Shown piece by piece: positions 37,656 through 40,211 of a stretch of 40,211 bases of DNA. Location of the stretch: positions 1-40,211 of the forward strand of contig CBDHEC010000033.1 in the NCBI GenBank assembly GCA_965261975.1, written 5' to 3'. This DNA is from Alphaproteobacteria bacterium (GTDB lineage Bacteria; Pseudomonadota; Alphaproteobacteria; UBA6615). The translations under genes and the position numbers were made by a program. Below the pieces are notes generated by a model that did no database searches, had not been told where the DNA came from, and saw nothing but the letters and a program-made list of their open reading frames with translations. How positions within the stretch are numbered: position 1 is the first letter of the stretch; the number at the start of each line of letters is the position of its first letter.

Positions 37656-40211
37656 ATGGCGAGTACGACTGAGAACGACGACAAGAAGAAGCCGCTGACG
37701 CTCTCCAAGCCGGGCAAGCTCGAGCTGAAGAAGACCGTTGAGGGTGGCCAGGTGCGCCAGAGCTTCAGTCATGGCCGGACCAAGACCGTGACGGTCGAGG
37801 TCAAGAAGAAGCGGACGTTCCAGCAGGGCGATTCCGGTGAGATGACCGAGATCAAGGAGGCCGCAGAGGCGGAAGCGGCAGCGGCGACCCCGGCCGCGGC
37901 ACCGGCGGCGCCCCCCGCGGCTGACACGCCCCCGCAACGTACGTTGACCGACGCCGAACAAGCATCGCGCGTGCGCGCGCTCGAGGCGGCCCGCCAGGCC
38001 GCCGAAGAGGCCGCGATCGAAAGCGAGAAGGCCAAGGCGGCGCTGGAAGAAGCGCGCCAGGCTGCCGCCGAGGAAGAGGCTGCCGCCGCCGCGGCCGCCG
38101 CGGAAGAGGCCGAGACGGAAGCTGATGCGCCCGCCGAACCCGAGCCGGCCCCGGTCGAGACCCGGACGCGACGGGAAATCGAGGAAGAGGCTCGCCGCGA
38201 GGCGGAGGCCCAGGCCCAGAAGATGGCCGACGAGGCCGCGCAGCGTGCCGCCGCGGCAGAGCGGAAATTCGCGGCGCTGGAAGAAGAGACAAGCGACGAA
38301 GAGGGTGCGGGTGGTTCCGCCAAGGGCAAGCCGGCCCGCGCCGAAGGTGCGGCGGCGAAACCCAACGCGCGGCCGCGCGGTGGTGAACGCAAACGCCGGA
38401 GCGGCAAGCTCACCATTTCCGAGGCGCTCGACGAGGAGGGCGGTGCACGCCAGCGTTCCGTCGCGGCGTTCCGCCGTCGTCAGGAACGAGAACGCCAGCG
38501 CGCGACCGGCGACAACAAGGGCGGCGGTCAGGCCTCGAAGGTGGTGCGCGAAGTCAGCATTCCCGACACCATCACCGTCAGTGAACTGGGCAACCGGATG
38601 GCCGAACGCGGTTCGGAAGTCATCAAGACCCTCATGAAGATGGGTGTTCTGGCGACGATCAATCAGACGATCGACCAGGAAACCGCGCAACTCGTGGTCG
38701 AGGAATTCGGCCATGCCGCGAAGCTCACATCGGCCAGCGATGTTGAACTCAATCTCGGCGCCACGGTCGAGGATGATGACGGCGCACAGGTTGGACGTCC
38801 GCCGGTCGTCACGGTCATGGGCCATGTCGATCATGGCAAGACGTCACTGCTCGACGCGCTGCGCTCCACGGATGTCGTCAGCCGCGAGGCGGGCGGGATC
38901 ACCCAGCATATCGGCGCCTATCAGGTGGAGCTCGAATCCGGCGACAAGATCAGCTTCATTGACACGCCGGGCCATGCGGCCTTCACCTCGATGCGCCAGC
39001 GCGGGGCTCATGTGACCGATATCGTGATCCTTGTGGTCGCGGCCGATGACGGTGTGCAGCCGCAGACGGTCGAGGCGATCAATCATGCGCGTGCCGCCGA
39101 GGTGCCGATCATCGTTGCGGTCAACAAGATGGATTTGCCCGCCGCGGACGCGTCGCGCGTGAAGAACGAACTCCTGTCCCACGAGATTGTGCCCGAGGAA
39201 ATGGGTGGCGATACCCAGGTCATCGAGGTTTCGGCCAAGACCCGTGCGGGGCTCGACACGCTGACCGAGGCGATCGTGCTGCAGGCGGAACTGCTTGAGC
39301 TGACCGCCAATCCGGAACGCGCCGCCTTCGGCGCGGTGATCGAAGCGCAGCTCGAGCGCGGCCGCGGTGCGGTTGCCACCGTGCTGGTCCAGGGTGGCAC
39401 GATCAGGGTGGGCGATATTTTCGTCGCCGGTGCCGAGTGGGGCCGGGTTCGCGCGCTGGTCAACGACAGGGGCGAGAATGTGGAAGAGGCCGGCCCGGCC
39501 GCGCCGGTCGAGGTTTTGGGCCTGAACGGCGCGCCCCAGGCGGGCGATGAGTTCGCCGTCGTGGATTCCGATGCCCGGGCACGCGAGGTCGTCGAGTATC
39601 GCCAGAGCGTCATTCGTGACGCGCGCGCCGCTGCCGGTGCCCGCGGCAGCCTCGATGACATGTTCGAACAGATCAAGGCGGGTGAAGCCACCCAGATCCC
39701 CGTGGTCATCAAGGGCGATGTGCAGGGCTCGGTCGAGGCCATTGTCGGTGCGCTGAACAATCTGTCCACCGACGAGGTCAAGGCCCAGGTGTTGCACGCC
39801 GGTGTCGGCGGTATCACCGAATCCGATATTTCGCTCGCGACGGTCAATAACGGGCTGGTCATCGGCTTCAATGTGCGGGCCATTCCGCAGGCGCGTGACC
39901 AGGCGAAGCGCGACGGGGTCGAGATCCGTTACTACAACATCATCTACAATGTGGTGGACGATGTGCGCGCCATGCTGGAGGGCGAGCTGGCGCCGACCCT
40001 GCAGGAAAACCTGCTGGGCTCGGCCGAAATTCGCGAGATCTTCAGTGTTTCCAAGGTCGGCAAAGTGGCCGGCTGCATGGTGACCGACGGTATGATCCGG
40101 CGCGATTCGAAGGTCCGCCTGATGCGTGATTCGGTGGTCGTCCACGAAGGCAATCTGGGAACGCTTCGGCGGTTCAAGGACGATGTCCGTGAGGTCCAGA
40201 ACGGCTACGAA
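37656..40211 (+). CDS. infB: Translation initiation factor IF-2, truncated by window end
   Basis: Not in the ORF track (no stop in window). [37 protein letters not shown], Ala/Glu-rich linker, G1 [37 protein letters not shown], ending [16 protein letters not shown]. Confidence 0.98.
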   Translation, partial: MASTTENDDKKKPLTLSKPGKLELKKTVEGGQVRQSFSHGRTKTVTVEVKKKRTFQQGDSGEMTEIKEAAEAEAAAATPAAAPAAPPAADTPPQRTLTDAEQASRVRALEAARQAAEEAAIESEKAKAALEEARQAAAEEEAAAAAAAAEEAETEADAPAEPEPAPVETRTRREIEEEARREAEAQAQKMADEAAQRAAAAERKFAALEEETSDEEGAGGSAKGKPARAEGAAAKPNARPRGGERKRRSGKLTISEALDEEGGARQRSVAAFRRRQERERQRATGDNKGGGQASKVVREVSIPDTITVSELGNRMAERGSEVIKTLMKMGVLATINQTIDQETAQLVVEEFGHAAKLTSASDVELNLGATVEDDDGAQVGRPPVVTVMGHVDHGKTSLLDALRSTDVVSREAGGITQHIGAYQVELESGDKISFIDTPGHAAFTSMRQRGAHVTDIVILVVAADDGVQPQTVEAINHARAAEVPIIVAVNKMDLPAADASRVKNELLSHEIVPEEMGGDTQVIEVSAKTRAGLDTLTEAIVLQAELLELTANPERAAFGAVIEAQLERGRGAVATVLVQGGTIRVGDIFVAGAEWGRVRALVNDRGENVEEAGPAAPVEVLGLNGAPQAGDEFAVVDSDARAREVVEYRQSVIRDARAAAGARGSLDDMFEQIKAGEATQIPVVIKGDVQGSVEAIVGALNNLSTDEVKAQVLHAGVGGITESDISLATVNNGLVIGFNVRAIPQARDQAKRDGVEIRYYNIIYNVVDDVRAMLEGELAPTLQENLLGSAEIREIFSVSKVGKVAGCMVTDGMIRRDSKVRLMRDSVVVHEGNLGTLRRFKDDVREVQNGYE

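Noticed and set aside
37850-38400. Repetitive GCC/GAG-rich stretch
   Set aside because: Encodes the ordinary Ala/Glu-rich IF-2 linker; not a tandem repeat or CRISPR array.
1-40211. Mobile elements, CRISPR arrays, tRNA/rRNA, defence systems
   Set aside because: No integrase or transposase ORFs, repeat-spacer periodicity or tRNA/rRNA signatures seen; intergenic gaps are all under 300 bp.

Overview
High-GC alphaproteobacterial (Rhodospirillales-like) core-chromosome segment. On the minus strand at left lie maeB, phoR and pstS-pstC-pstA-pstB (pstB cut by the window edge), with a three-repeat Pho box before pstS and an intrinsic terminator after it. The plus strand then carries a largely familiar housekeeping string: mutS, MFS transporter, glnD, murJ, trpS, nfuA-like, tsaB, rimI-like, mucR, fur/mur, olsB, olsA/plsC, miaB, phoH, ybeY, corC, lnt, metK, trmB, rimP, nusA, ylxR-like and infB (cut by the right edge). 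Apparent accessory insertions are an MFS gene coupled to mutS, a class III adenylate cyclase whose upstream region has four GTTAAC palindromes, and a three-gene cell-envelope module (GH73/Bax glucosaminidase, CE4 deacetylase, D-Ala-D-Ala dipeptidase). I saw no mobile element, CRISPR array, tRNA or rRNA, and I cannot support a clearly novel system. The best leads are the envelope triad, the GTTAAC array, a structured metK leader, several leaderless-type promoters and a +1 frameshift in pstB. All assignments come from motif recognition by eye; no database searches were run.
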